The notes under the pieces: generated by a model
Database searches by the model: none
Seen by the model: the letters and a program-made list of their open reading frames with translations, nothing else
Told to the model about the DNA's origin: nothing
In this document: in pieces, positions 1 to 8,721 of the stretch
How positions within the stretch are numbered: the first letter of the stretch is position 1
Layout: every line of letters starts with the position of its first letter
Made by a program: the position numbers and the translations under genes
Assembly (NCBI GenBank): GCA_965242865.1
Contig: CBDETK010000013.1
Span: 5,312,001 to 5,376,000 of the forward strand
Length of the DNA: 64,000 bases
Direction of reading: 5' to 3'
DNA from: Candidatus Latescibacterota bacterium
GTDB taxonomy: Bacteria > Latescibacterota > UBA2968 > UBA8231

Positions 1-346
1 GAGCCAGCGCGGCGCGATCGGCGTACTCGCCGCGACCGCCGTAGCCGTAGTACAGAGGCGCGTACACGGCCTCTTCAATGTGAAAACCCACCAAGTTGTG
101 GTCTGGGTCGCTGTAGAAGGCGGGGTGGAAGTGATAGTGCATCATGTAGCGCTGGAACATCTCCTTCAGCCGCGGGCTGAGAGCCAGCAACTGCTCCTGC
201 TCCTCTACGGGAAACTCGTTGCACGGCAGGCTGAAGTGGTCGTGGAAGGTGCGCGACGAGCCCAAGGTGCGCTCGATCCAACCGACGATGGCGTGGGCCA
301 AGGTCGTCTTACCGGCGTATTCGCAACCTACGAGAATCAATCTCAT
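1..346 (-). CDS. P-loop nucleotide kinase-like protein, 3' end runs off the window
   Basis: Not in the ORF track. Manual translation from ATG at 346 (RBS CAGGAG upstream) gives MRLILVGCEYAGKTTLAHAIVGW..., an N-terminal Walker A (GxxxxGKT), open to the window edge. Confidence 0.75.
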   Translation of the reverse strand, partial: MRLILVGCEYAGKTTLAHAIVGWIERTLGSSRTFHDHFSLPCNEFPVEEQEQLLALSPRLKEMFQRYMMHYHFHPAFYSDPDHNLVGFHIEEAVYAPLYYGYGGRGEYADRAALA

Positions 347-431
347 GGTCCGTTCTCCTGCGCGGGGGGATGGTTTCGGGTGATGATTCTATCAATATAG
401 GGTCAAGGGCGATCCGGTCCTAAGACATCGA

Positions 432-459
432 GGACAGGCACGGGGGCCTGTCCTCTACG
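432..459 (-). repeat. GTAG-type REP-like palindrome
   Basis: Minus strand reads GTAGAGGACAGGCCCCCGTGCCTGTCC, with stem GGACAGGC/GCCTGTCC preceded by GTAG. A related copy lies at 22106-22145. Confidence 0.6.
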
Positions 460-464
460 GTTGC

Positions 465-604
465 GACGCTTGCCCCACGTAAATGGGGGGGACGTTCCGC
501 ATGGTTCGATTATGACGCTTGCCCCACGTAAACGGGGGGGACGTTCCGCATGGTTCGATTATGACGCTTGCCCCACGTAAACGGGGGGGACGTTTCGCAT
601 GGTT
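465..604. repeat. 49-bp tandem repeat, ~2.9 copies
   Basis: Unit beginning GACGCTTGCCCCACGTAAA and ending GACGTTCCGCATGGTTCGATTAT starts at 465, 514 and 563. It contains a CCCC..GGGG hairpin and has no spacers. Confidence 0.95.
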
Positions 605-635
605 ATATCGCACGGAATGGCCAGCGGCTGCAAGG

Positions 636-1862
636 TTATCGCCTCTGCATCACGACGATGCGATTGGAATTGGTGCCGCGCTCGTTGTTGTCAACGCCCC
701 AGATATTCGCAGTCTTGGTAAAGGTCTGTTGGTTGATTACCACGCAGACCGGCTCCCACGCCGTCTCTTGCGCCACTTCCGCGACCACGCGATCGAGCAA
801 CAGCGACCCCCGGCGGATTTCGCCTACCTCAAAGGCAAACACCCCGCCGGGGCGCGTAATCGACGCCACGCTTTGCAACGCGCCGCGCACCAGCGCCTTC
901 CACTCGGCGAGCTTGCGCGTTTGCGTAATGCGAATGGCAGCGGGATCGACGCCCGCGAACCAGCAGCGCATCCAGTTGTCCTCTTTGTAGTTGACGATGT
1001 CCATAAAGGGCGGCGAGGTCACCGCGAGCACCACCGGCGGGCCGCTGTACTCAAAGGGCGCGTCAACCGCTTGTTGAAAAAATCCCCGGCTGCGTCCTTG
1101 GGGAGCGCATGCCTGAGCATCCCGCAACAGCACCCGCGTCTTGCGGAGAATCAACTGCGCCACATCGCGGTATTCGGGCCGCTGACCGCGCCGTGCGTTG
1201 ATCTTGCGCTGGCTCGCAATGGACGCGGCTTGATTGGGCGGCAGCGTATAGACCGAGAAAAACCCCTTGGAATGCCCGGTCAGGCGATTGATGGCCACCA
1301 TCTGAATCCAGCAATCGACCGCGTCGGCCCGCCCGCTGGCGCGACGCTCGGCCAGATAGGCGCGCAGCCGACAGAGCTGATTGAGCGTGCGCTCGTCAAA
1401 AAACACCTCAAAGTCGGCGGGATGCTCGGTTGGTTCGTCCAAAGCCAAGCATTCGAGCCGTGCGGCAACCTCGGGCAGCGCTGGCGGCGTCAACCGCGCT
1501 TCCACCAGAACGCGAGACAGGGGATTGACGTCGTTGCCCAGCGCGTCCCGGCCGAGCAAGGCCGCTTCGAGCAGGGTCGTCCCGCGCCCCATAAACGGAT
1601 CGAACACCACGTCGCCCGGGTCCGTCAGCCGCTCGATGAAAAAGCGCGGCAACTGAGGCTTAAAACACGCCCGATAGGAAATCTCGTGCAGGGAGTGTGC
1701 GGCGCGCTGCTTGGACGTCCAGAACTCATTGACGAATACCGGGATGCCGTCGCGTTCTTCGACGACCGTCTCTTTGCCGAATGCCCGCCATTCCGCCAGT
1801 TCGCATTTGAACTCGTCGAGCGTCAGCCGATCCCTGCTGCCGAAAGGAAGCTGGTCCTGCAT
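636..1862 (-). CDS. Site-specific DNA amino-methyltransferase (N4-C/N6-A)
   Basis: Motif I VFDPFMGRGTT followed by motif IV VTSPPF. Confidence 0.85.
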   Translation of the reverse strand: MQDQLPFGSRDRLTLDEFKCELAEWRAFGKETVVEERDGIPVFVNEFWTSKQRAAHSLHEISYRACFKPQLPRFFIERLTDPGDVVFDPFMGRGTTLLEAALLGRDALGNDVNPLSRVLVEARLTPPALPEVAARLECLALDEPTEHPADFEVFFDERTLNQLCRLRAYLAERRASGRADAVDCWIQMVAINRLTGHSKGFFSVYTLPPNQAASIASQRKINARRGQRPEYRDVAQLILRKTRVLLRDAQACAPQGRSRGFFQQAVDAPFEYSGPPVVLAVTSPPFMDIVNYKEDNWMRCWFAGVDPAAIRITQTRKLAEWKALVRGALQSVASITRPGGVFAFEVGEIRRGSLLLDRVVAEVAQETAWEPVCVVINQQTFTKTANIWGVDNNERGTNSNRIVVMQRR

Positions 1863-1863
1863 T

Positions 1864-2343
1864 TCACGTTCTCAGCAATCTAAGCGCATTAGATCGAGAT
1901 ATTTTCGTTCCAGCACCGAGCATTCCTCGCTCATACCAAGAGCGAACGGTCGCCTCGGGTATCTTCCATACAGGTATCTTGGGAAATTCCGCGACATCGC
2001 CAACGAAGTACCCCTCGATTTCGGACAACTTGGCCATGAAACCATCTTCGTCGAATTTGCGACCCGAACCGACCATGTAGCTGGGACAGAAATATATCCC
2101 GCTGCTCGTTATGGACCGCACTTCCCATTTTTGGCCGTTTTCGTCGATTAAATCAAAGCCCGCCCCTTCACTCGGTGAGAGGGTTCCTTTCACAATCTCG
2201 CGACAGATACGTCGTTCAAGGATGAATGAAACGCGACGTCCGTCGGTGAAGTATTGCTGTACTTCGCTACGAGTAAGGTGTAAGGATTGGGCGGCACTCT
2301 CCAAGTCCCACTCCAAGACACCTACTCGCTCAACCGCAGCCAT
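1864..2343 (-). CDS. Putative type II restriction endonuclease (PD-(D/E)XK-like)
   Basis: Its stop is 1 nt before the MTase ATG. It carries a GFDLID...WEVRS nuclease-like motif and is AT-richer than the flanks. ATG 2343 has a GGAG RBS (ORF track starts at 2409). Confidence 0.6.
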   Translation of the reverse strand: MAAVERVGVLEWDLESAAQSLHLTRSEVQQYFTDGRRVSFILERRICREIVKGTLSPSEGAGFDLIDENGQKWEVRSITSSGIYFCPSYMVGSGRKFDEDGFMAKLSEIEGYFVGDVAEFPKIPVWKIPEATVRSWYERGMLGAGTKISRSNALRLLRT

Positions 2344-2487
2344 GTGAATTTCTCCGCTCATATAGCAATCTACATCACTCAATACATTCAAAGGGGGGAT
2401 GGAATACATACGTTTGTCTAAACATGCAATAAAATATAACGAATGATCGGATCGGAGTACACTTTCACCTGAACTCAGTGGTCCCCT

Positions 2488-2595
2488 TCATCGGTCTCGA
2501 TCTAGACGGGACAACCGCTCCCAATCCTCCGGGCGAAACCCCTCCTTAGGCGGTTGTATCCCATACTTGCGCATCCGATACCGCAGCTCTGTACT
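2488..2595 (-). pseudogene. Remnant Fis-type HTH C-terminus of a sigma-54 enhancer-binding protein
   Basis: TELRYRMRKYGI...stop resembles the TLxxKxxxYGI tail of NtrC-family activators. No AAA domain lies upstream. Confidence 0.5.
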
Positions 2596-2842
2596 CAGCG
2601 ACGCTGGCGACGGGCATATCCTGCCAGTCCTCTGAATCCGGTCGATATTGCCAAGCGTCGAGGGTGGGATTGTGCGGATGGTCCCAGCGCAACGTGGCCG
2701 CGCCATCGCCGGCTTCCGCGACCCAGTTCGTCGGGGCCAAGGGGCGAAAAACTAGCGGCTGGTTGTTGGCGGGCTCGTAGTCCGTGGCGGCGGATGGCAA
2801 TGTCCCGCTCAAGCCGAGCAGAACCGTCAGGGTCACCATCAC
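2596..2842 (-). pseudogene. Fragment of a secreted fibronectin type III protein
   Basis: Signal-peptide remnant VLLGLSGTLPSAATD is followed by a truncated Fn3-like stretch PLAPTNWVAEAGDGAATLRWD...WQYR. Confidence 0.5.
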
Positions 2843-2852
2843 CGGCCAGCCG

Positions 2853-4080
2853 CTAGTACGACGGATGAGTGAAACTGAAAGACTGACCTGCGATCACGTC
2901 CTCCGAGCCGCTGGCCGACGGACGGGGAAAACTAAAATACTGGCCTATGACCGCGGATCGGGAAGTGCTCAACGCGGCAAACGCAGGCATGAGGTCCGCA
3001 TCGTTGTCGAGCAGCGTCACCGTCGCCTGTCGCGTCGTACCGGCGGCCACTCCCGAAAGCAGACGCCCAAACGACAGCGTCACCGTCTCGTCGGCAATAT
3101 CGGTGTCCTCGTTGGCCGTCAGCGTAAACGACTGCGACGACGTGCCAGCGGCAAACGACACCCACACCGTGCCATCCGTCAGCCCCGCCACCGCCGACAC
3201 CACCACCGGAATGTGCAGCGTCTGCGCTGGTGCTGGCGACAGCGACACCGTGATGGACGCGCCAGTGCCCCCTTCCGTCGCTTGGTAGGACACGGCCCCA
3301 AACGACGCGGTCCCCGACCAAGCCTGCGGCATCGTCGAGTGCGAGGCCGACGCCCCCGCGCCAGTGCTATTGACCGCCTGTACCGCAAACTCGTAGAGCA
3401 CCCCATTGGTCAGTCCTGTAACCGTACTATCGCGGGCCGTGCTGCCGCCCAACACAGGGGACCAACCCGGCCAGCCATGCCCCGAATTAGCTACCCGCCA
3501 TTGAACTTCATAGCGGGTCACTGGCGAGCCATTGGCCGAAGCCGCATCCCATCCCAAGACCACCCGACCATCCCCCGGCGAGGGCACAAAATTCGGGGGC
3601 GCACCCGGCACCCCGGCGCGCACCGGCGCGGTCTCCATGCTCGTCGCGGTATTGCCCCCGCCGAGGGCGTCGCGATAGGATTTGAGCAGTGCTCGCAACG
3701 CCCAGCCCACCTGAGCAACCGGCGGCGTGTAGCTCGCAGACGCCTCGTCCGACGCCGCTGAATAGCCGCTCGAAATCGCGCAATGTGTAACTGGTATCGG
3801 GATCAGGATACGTCCCGTTGTCGTTGGAGCCGTGGGGCCGGTCGTGCTCGTGATAGTCACATACTTCAGGACTTGTGGGACTACCACAGTCCATGCGACT
3901 CATAGGCCGTTCCGCCATCGCATTCTGAAAGGTGACCAGCACCACGTCTAGCGTGCAGGGAAATGTCGTGCCGGGCACAAGAGACGCCCGACCCGTAATC
4001 GCCGAACCGCGAGCCCCCACCACAGACGCACTGAGCGTCTGGATCAAGAGGATAGCCAGCAATGCGTATTGAGTGTACAT
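2853..4080 (-). pseudogene. Internally deleted large secreted protein (signal peptide, Fn3, Calx-beta-like and Ig-like remnants)
   Basis: ATG 4080 overlaps the upstream stop (TGATG, RBS AAGGAGG) and begins a signal peptide. The frame shifts near 3740 into Fn3 (PGAPPNF..GDGRVVLGW..GLTNGVLYEFAVQAVN) and Calx-beta-like (SFGAVSYQATEG..ATVTLLDND) segments, then ends in truncated GQxFSFxxPS repeats. Confidence 0.65.
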
Positions 4081-4796
4081 CAGTGAACCTCCTTCTTGAC
4101 TTGACCCCAAGACGACGACGCGGTGCCCGTGGGCACCAACAGGTCTTCATACTTTACCTTGCGGCCCTCTAAGACCGCCCACAGGAGGCGTACGTCGTTA
4201 ATGAATACGGGGTAGATCCCCCAATTACAGCCATAGCAGCCGTAGTTCTCAAAAAACACACAATCCCGACTATTATCCCGCCTAAAGATGAACGAGTAAG
4301 TATTCGGATCGGAATACACTTTCACCCGAACCAAGGTGTCCCCTTCGGTGGTCTCGACAGGGTAGCCAGCGTCGTTGGCCCCATCAAAGCGAAACACAGA
4401 CCGCTCGCCCTCGGCGGTGCGCTCCATCAGGTGCGTACCCTTCCAGCGCAGCTTCTTGCCAGCGATGAAGTGCGGGGGAGCTGGCGGCCAGTTGTCGGGC
4501 ATATCGCTGAGCACGTAATACGTCTTGCCAGCGATGACCTCCGTGCCCCGCACCGTGATGGTGAACTTGGGGAGTTGGGTAGATTCATCGATATCTGACC
4601 ATTGAGAGTACGCGGGATACCGCTCAACAATATCTTGCTGATTGTCTAGATCATTGTACTCGTGGCCGTAGGTCCACGAATTGCCCACGGCCAGCGGCAG
4701 ATAGGCCGCCGCCGCGTCGTCCGTGGCGGTGGCTGGCAGTGCCCAACTCAGGCCGAGCAGCACTGCCAAAAGCAAGAGAATCTTCTTCATTGCCAT
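4080..4796 (-). CDS. Secreted hypothetical protein with C-terminal SWGQVK motif
   Basis: RBS AAGGAG, signal peptide MAMKKILLLLAVLLGLSWALPATA, YLPLAVGNSWTY motif, ends TASSSWGQVKKEVH. Confidence 0.75.
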   Translation of the reverse strand: MAMKKILLLLAVLLGLSWALPATATDDAAAAYLPLAVGNSWTYGHEYNDLDNQQDIVERYPAYSQWSDIDESTQLPKFTITVRGTEVIAGKTYYVLSDMPDNWPPAPPHFIAGKKLRWKGTHLMERTAEGERSVFRFDGANDAGYPVETTEGDTLVRVKVYSDPNTYSFIFRRDNSRDCVFFENYGCYGCNWGIYPVFINDVRLLWAVLEGRKVKYEDLLVPTGTASSSWGQVKKEVH

Positions 4797-4924
4797 GATG
4801 CGTCTCCTTCGTGAGAGATGAGAAATCCGTTCCATCGGCGAGCGACCAGACAGAGACGGGAAGGGAATGGTGATTACCAATATACCTAGTGCGGCCTCCT
4901 TTTCCGCACCGGCTCCGACTATAA

Positions 4925-4940
4925 TGCACATTTCGTGCCA
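4925..4940 (-). promoter_or_regulatory. Sigma-54 (-24/-12) promoter
   Basis: Minus strand TGGCACGAAATGTGCA versus consensus TGGCACG-N4-TTGC(A/T), ~130 bp upstream of ATG 4796. Confidence 0.7.
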
Positions 4941-4956
4941 ACGAGCCGACCACGCA

Positions 4957-4990
4957 CAAAAAAAATCCTTCAGGATTACCCTAAAGGATT
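4957..4990 (-). terminator. Putative intrinsic terminator
   Basis: Minus strand stem AATCCTTTAGG..CCTGAAGGATT followed by a T run. Confidence 0.45.
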
Positions 4991-5012
4991 GAAAAAACAG
5001 GAGCTTAAAAAA

Positions 5013-5030
5013 TGTAGAAGTTTTTCTACA
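5013..5030. promoter_or_regulatory. Putative enhancer (UAS) palindrome for a sigma-54 activator
   Basis: TGTAGAAGTTTTTCTACA (TGT-N12-ACA dyad), ~75-90 bp upstream of the -24 element. Confidence 0.5.
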
Positions 5031-5206
5031 CTCCGTCGCTCAACCGTCGCTACTCGTCTTGTTAAATAATTTTTTGTTCCTATTGAACAACCTTCTATTC
5101 ACTTAAACAACGTTTTGTTTATCGGCATACACCCTTCCCAAGCCGCCGCCCCAAGCAGCTGTGGTCAACCCGGCCCGTGCCGCCAACCGCAGGATAGCAC
5201 CTCTCC

Positions 5207-6206
5207 TCATTGAACGAGCAGCATCTTGCGGGTGGCCTGCTGCCCCCCGGCGTCTAGCCGCGCAATATACACCCCACTGCTGACGACTTGGCCGTGAGCA
5301 TCGCGCCCATCCCAAGCCGTCTGATAGGTTCCCGCCGGCCGCATGCCTTCTACCAAAGTAGCTACCAACTGGCCGTGGGTGTTGAACACTTGCAGCGACA
5401 CCGCCGATAGCTGCTGGAGAGTAAAGCCGATGTGCGTGGCGTGATTGAAGGGATTGGGGTAATCAACCAAACGCGACCTTGGCTGTCAGAGAAGATCATC
5501 CCGAAACGGCCCAAGTACGACGTCCACCGCGTCCCATCAAAGGAGAGCAAGCTACTCCATGTCCGTTCCCCGAAGTCGTCCACGAGCACGTCAAACTCAA
5601 GAACCGCCCAGAGTGTGCCGGATCGATCCACCGCGATGTTGGTAACTCGGACGTGATCAAAAGTGCCCTGTATCGGATGGAACACTGGTTCTAGTTCTAT
5701 AGGGTGCCACCAAGCCTGCCCGTCAAAACGCGATTGCTGGTTGGTCGCGTAGGTCCACCAAGGCTCGCTATCAACGATCCCCATATCAAGGTCGTCTACC
5801 GCTGGCCATCGAACCGGCTCAAACCCGTTGAAGTCCCCACCCACACATTGCCCGACGGGTCTGCCGCCAAGGCCGAAATCTCTCCAGTCGCATAGCTGAT
5901 CGTCGATTGTCCACCCGCACTGTCCCGGACGACGACCTCCACCACCGTCAGCCGTGTACCCGTGCCCGTGCCGATCACGGCCGAGACCGGGGCCTCCATC
6001 GGACTGGGTAGCCCCACACCTACCACCAGCGGCGTACTGAGCAGCCGCTGCTGCGAGCCATCCGGCGTGTACAGGGTCACCTGCTGGGTTTCTTGCCCCG
6101 AAAGCCCAATAGGCAACAACAGCAACAGCACCAAACAGCCGCTCGTCGGACCAGCGAGCCTCGGCCTAAATCGGATAGGAGATGAGGAAGGGCGTACACC
6201 ACTCAT
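5207..6206 (-). pseudogene. Degraded secreted beta-propeller (Reg_prop-like) protein with FlgD/T9SS-A-like C-terminal domain
   Basis: Signal peptide, ISALAADPSGNVWVGTSTGLSRFDG repeat, in-frame TAG at FDGQR*TT, frameshifts, and a C-terminal YPNPFN...WDGRD..GVY..RKMLLVQ. Confidence 0.7.
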
Positions 6207-6286
6207 AACACGACCTCCGTTACACGGGGAATGAGATACATACGTCCACTCAATACAGGACGGGTTAATAGAGCTGTCTTTTCTTA

Positions 6287-6403
6287 TATAGCAGTCCTAA
6301 ATGACTTGAAAGCATGGAATGTTCATCGGCCCTGTTTTTTGCCTACGAGTCGTCATTCCCGCGAACGCGGGAATCCAGTCTTGAAGGATGTAGGATTGCT
6401 ATA
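6287..6403. mobile_element. MITE-like element (~117 bp) with TA-flanked terminal inverted repeats and an internal ATTCCC-N8-GGGAAT hairpin
   Basis: Ends TATAGCAGTCCTA and TAGGATTGCTATA; internal GTCATTCCCGCGAACGCGGGAATCC; second copy at 24573-24666. Confidence 0.8.
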
Positions 6404-6724
6404 CAAAGTGGTGCCCTCGGCCAATACCTGGGACGCGAATGAAGACGGAGCTTTTTGCCAATAGGCCAGTTCGGCGGGAGTGTACACGACAACATCCAAG
6501 GGACAATCAATGTCTTCGAGTAGGCGGCGCGTTTCAAGGGCGCGTTCCAACGGAGGCAAATCCGTCTGCCAGACGACGAGTAAATCCAAATCGCTGTCCC
6601 ATTGGCTACGACCCGTAGCATGAGAACCGAATAGAACGATCCGCTCAAAGGGGTAGGCGCGGACGAGAGCCTCTACGACGAGATCGAGCGTTTGGTTGGT
6701 CTTTTTGATCGGCTCTGGGGTCAT
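6353..6724 (-). CDS. Minimal nucleotidyltransferase (MNT antitoxin-like), C-terminus altered by the MITE
   Basis: FGSHATG..DSDLDLLVV motif and DVVVYTP. No HEPN partner is visible. Confidence 0.8.
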   Translation of the reverse strand: MTPEPIKKTNQTLDLVVEALVRAYPFERIVLFGSHATGRSQWDSDLDLLVVWQTDLPPLERALETRRLLEDIDCPLDVVVYTPAELAYWQKAPSSFASQVLAEGTTLYSNPTSFKTGFPRSRE

Positions 6725-6765
6725 AGTGTGCAATCTAAAGAAGCAACCTATTAAATCCAAACTCC

Positions 6766-8715
6766 TCACCCGTGCAGAATCGGATGCCCGTTGCCGGTAA
6801 AAAACGCCACGTCAACGAGAAAAGAGAGGCCGACGCCGAGAAAGTAGCCGACGATTAGGCCGATGAAAAACGGCGCGGCTTTGCGGTATAGCTCAATGCC
6901 GCCAAAGCGCATGATCAAGCTCTTGGCCGCCCACGCCACAAAAATCGCCGCGGCTTGGTTCCGCACCATCCAAACCGCAGAGATGGCCAAGCCCACCGGA
7001 TGCAGGGGCCACCACGGGAAGCGATACTGCATAAACGTCAAAACCGCCATAGCCACCGCGCCAATGCCAAAAAAGCCCAACTTTTGCGCGTGCAAGTCGG
7101 CCGGAGTTTTGATTTTGGCCATCACGTCGCCAAAGGCCATCACGCCCGCGCCAGAGGAAACGCGAAAAATCCACGAGTTGAAGTTGGAAGCCCCCTGCTC
7201 GTAGGCCATGGCGATGAGATTGGTCAGGGAAATTGCGAAGGATAGGACCACGGCCAAGGCAATGGCCAAGACAAAGCCGCGGCGGGCAATGCGCCGGCTG
7301 TGCTGTAGCTTGGCGGCGTGCGCGGCCGAGGGCATGAAGATGGACTGCACGTCGCCAAAAAAGGAATAAGTCAGCCCCAAGGCCGCCAAACCCGTCGGCG
7401 AAATGGCACTAGTGCCCAGCGTCATCATCGTCATGGCCTGACTGACGACCGGCGTGGTGAGGTAGAACGCGCCCGTTTGGACCACCAAGCGCGTAATGCC
7501 CAAATAGGCGATGAGGACGCCGGCTAAAAAGAACGCGGCCACCGACCATTCCATACCGGCTTTGTGCAGCCAAGCGAGCATGTAGAGCGTGCCCAGCAAA
7601 AGGCCCAGCACGGCGGCGCGATAGGACATTAGCTCGCCGCGGTCGTCAATCGGGTAGGCTGGGTTCCACGCCTTGCGGAACACATCCTTGAGGTGGTCGC
7701 GCGCCATCCACAGCCCCCACAGCACCAGCACCACAAACGCCCCCCAGCACTGCCACGACGTCGAAGGCAGCCCCCAAACGAACTTATCCGCGTCGGTGAC
7801 GCCGAGGCCAAAGCGATTGAACAACCCCTCCTCGAGCAGCGTCAGCAAAAAGAAGAACCAGATACTGAAGGTGACGTTGAGGTTGGCGAAGTACATGAAG
7901 CCGACGACCGGGAAGTAGAAGCGAATGTTGATGGTCGGAAAGCCGGGCGCGATTTGGATGGGGTGCTGCCACGCGATCGCGGGGAAAAAGTGAAAGAAAA
8001 AGCCGACGATGTTCCACAACACGATGCCCAGCGGCAGGGCCGCACCCGCCCAGAAGGCTTTGCGGTACAGGATCGCTGGCAGCCGGCGGTCGGCATCGGC
8101 GACGAGGGCTTGCGGCACCTCCATCAGGGGGTAGGCCAATCGCTCGCGCTCGACCCACTGCTTGCGCAGGATGACCACCACACAGAAGCAGACCCAGTAC
8201 AAAGTCCACAGAAAGCTCAACCACCAAAACAGCGGCATGGCCCAAGCGGCCAGCAAGGTGCCCCAAGGCGTGGGTTCGCCGAGGGGCAGCCCCTCGAAAA
8301 ACCAAGTCATGGCCAACCCGTCGTTGGATGGCAGCAGCCAAGCGGGCAGGTAGGGCAGCACGTAAGTGCCCCATTGATTCTCTGCAGACGCAAAGTAGTA
8401 GGGAGTCGTCGGGATCGCGAGGAAGTAGCCGATGAGGAACACCGGGATGCCCGTACAGACCAACCCCATGACGACGACCGTGATCATTTCGGCTGGGCGC
8501 AGGGCCCAGTTGGGCTGGACGGTCTTGAGCAGGGCGTTGGCGAAGATCAGGGCGACAAAGAGAAACCCCACCCCAATCGGAAAGAAGGACCAAGTCATCT
8601 CGGACGACCCAAAGGTCCAAATCGAGTGCGGCCCCCCCAAGCTGATCAACGCCACCACGGCGCAGCCCACGAGCACGGACCGCCCGGTGACGCCGGTTGC
8701 CGGATGGCTCGACAC
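6766..8715 (-). CDS. Multi-pass membrane protein, DUF6785/DUF6784-like (putative peptide transporter)
   Basis: Many hydrophobic segments with motifs RKQWVERERLAYPL and WWPLHPVG. Paralog of the next gene. Confidence 0.75.
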   Translation of the reverse strand: MSSHPATGVTGRSVLVGCAVVALISLGGPHSIWTFGSSEMTWSFFPIGVGFLFVALIFANALLKTVQPNWALRPAEMITVVVMGLVCTGIPVFLIGYFLAIPTTPYYFASAENQWGTYVLPYLPAWLLPSNDGLAMTWFFEGLPLGEPTPWGTLLAAWAMPLFWWLSFLWTLYWVCFCVVVILRKQWVERERLAYPLMEVPQALVADADRRLPAILYRKAFWAGAALPLGIVLWNIVGFFFHFFPAIAWQHPIQIAPGFPTINIRFYFPVVGFMYFANLNVTFSIWFFFLLTLLEEGLFNRFGLGVTDADKFVWGLPSTSWQCWGAFVVLVLWGLWMARDHLKDVFRKAWNPAYPIDDRGELMSYRAAVLGLLLGTLYMLAWLHKAGMEWSVAAFFLAGVLIAYLGITRLVVQTGAFYLTTPVVSQAMTMMTLGTSAISPTGLAALGLTYSFFGDVQSIFMPSAAHAAKLQHSRRIARRGFVLAIALAVVLSFAISLTNLIAMAYEQGASNFNSWIFRVSSGAGVMAFGDVMAKIKTPADLHAQKLGFFGIGAVAMAVLTFMQYRFPWWPLHPVGLAISAVWMVRNQAAAIFVAWAAKSLIMRFGGIELYRKAAPFFIGLIVGYFLGVGLSFLVDVAFFTGNGHPILHG

Positions 8716-8721
8716 GCGGCC

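Noticed and set aside
465-604. Possible CRISPR array
   Set aside because: The units are contiguous and near-identical with no unique spacers, and there are no cas genes in the window.
519-1883. Long opposite-strand ORFs (also 15787-17313, 20600-22060, 23117-24526, 57471-58865 and others)
   Set aside because: They are shadow frames of recognisable genes in GC-rich DNA and carry no motifs of their own.
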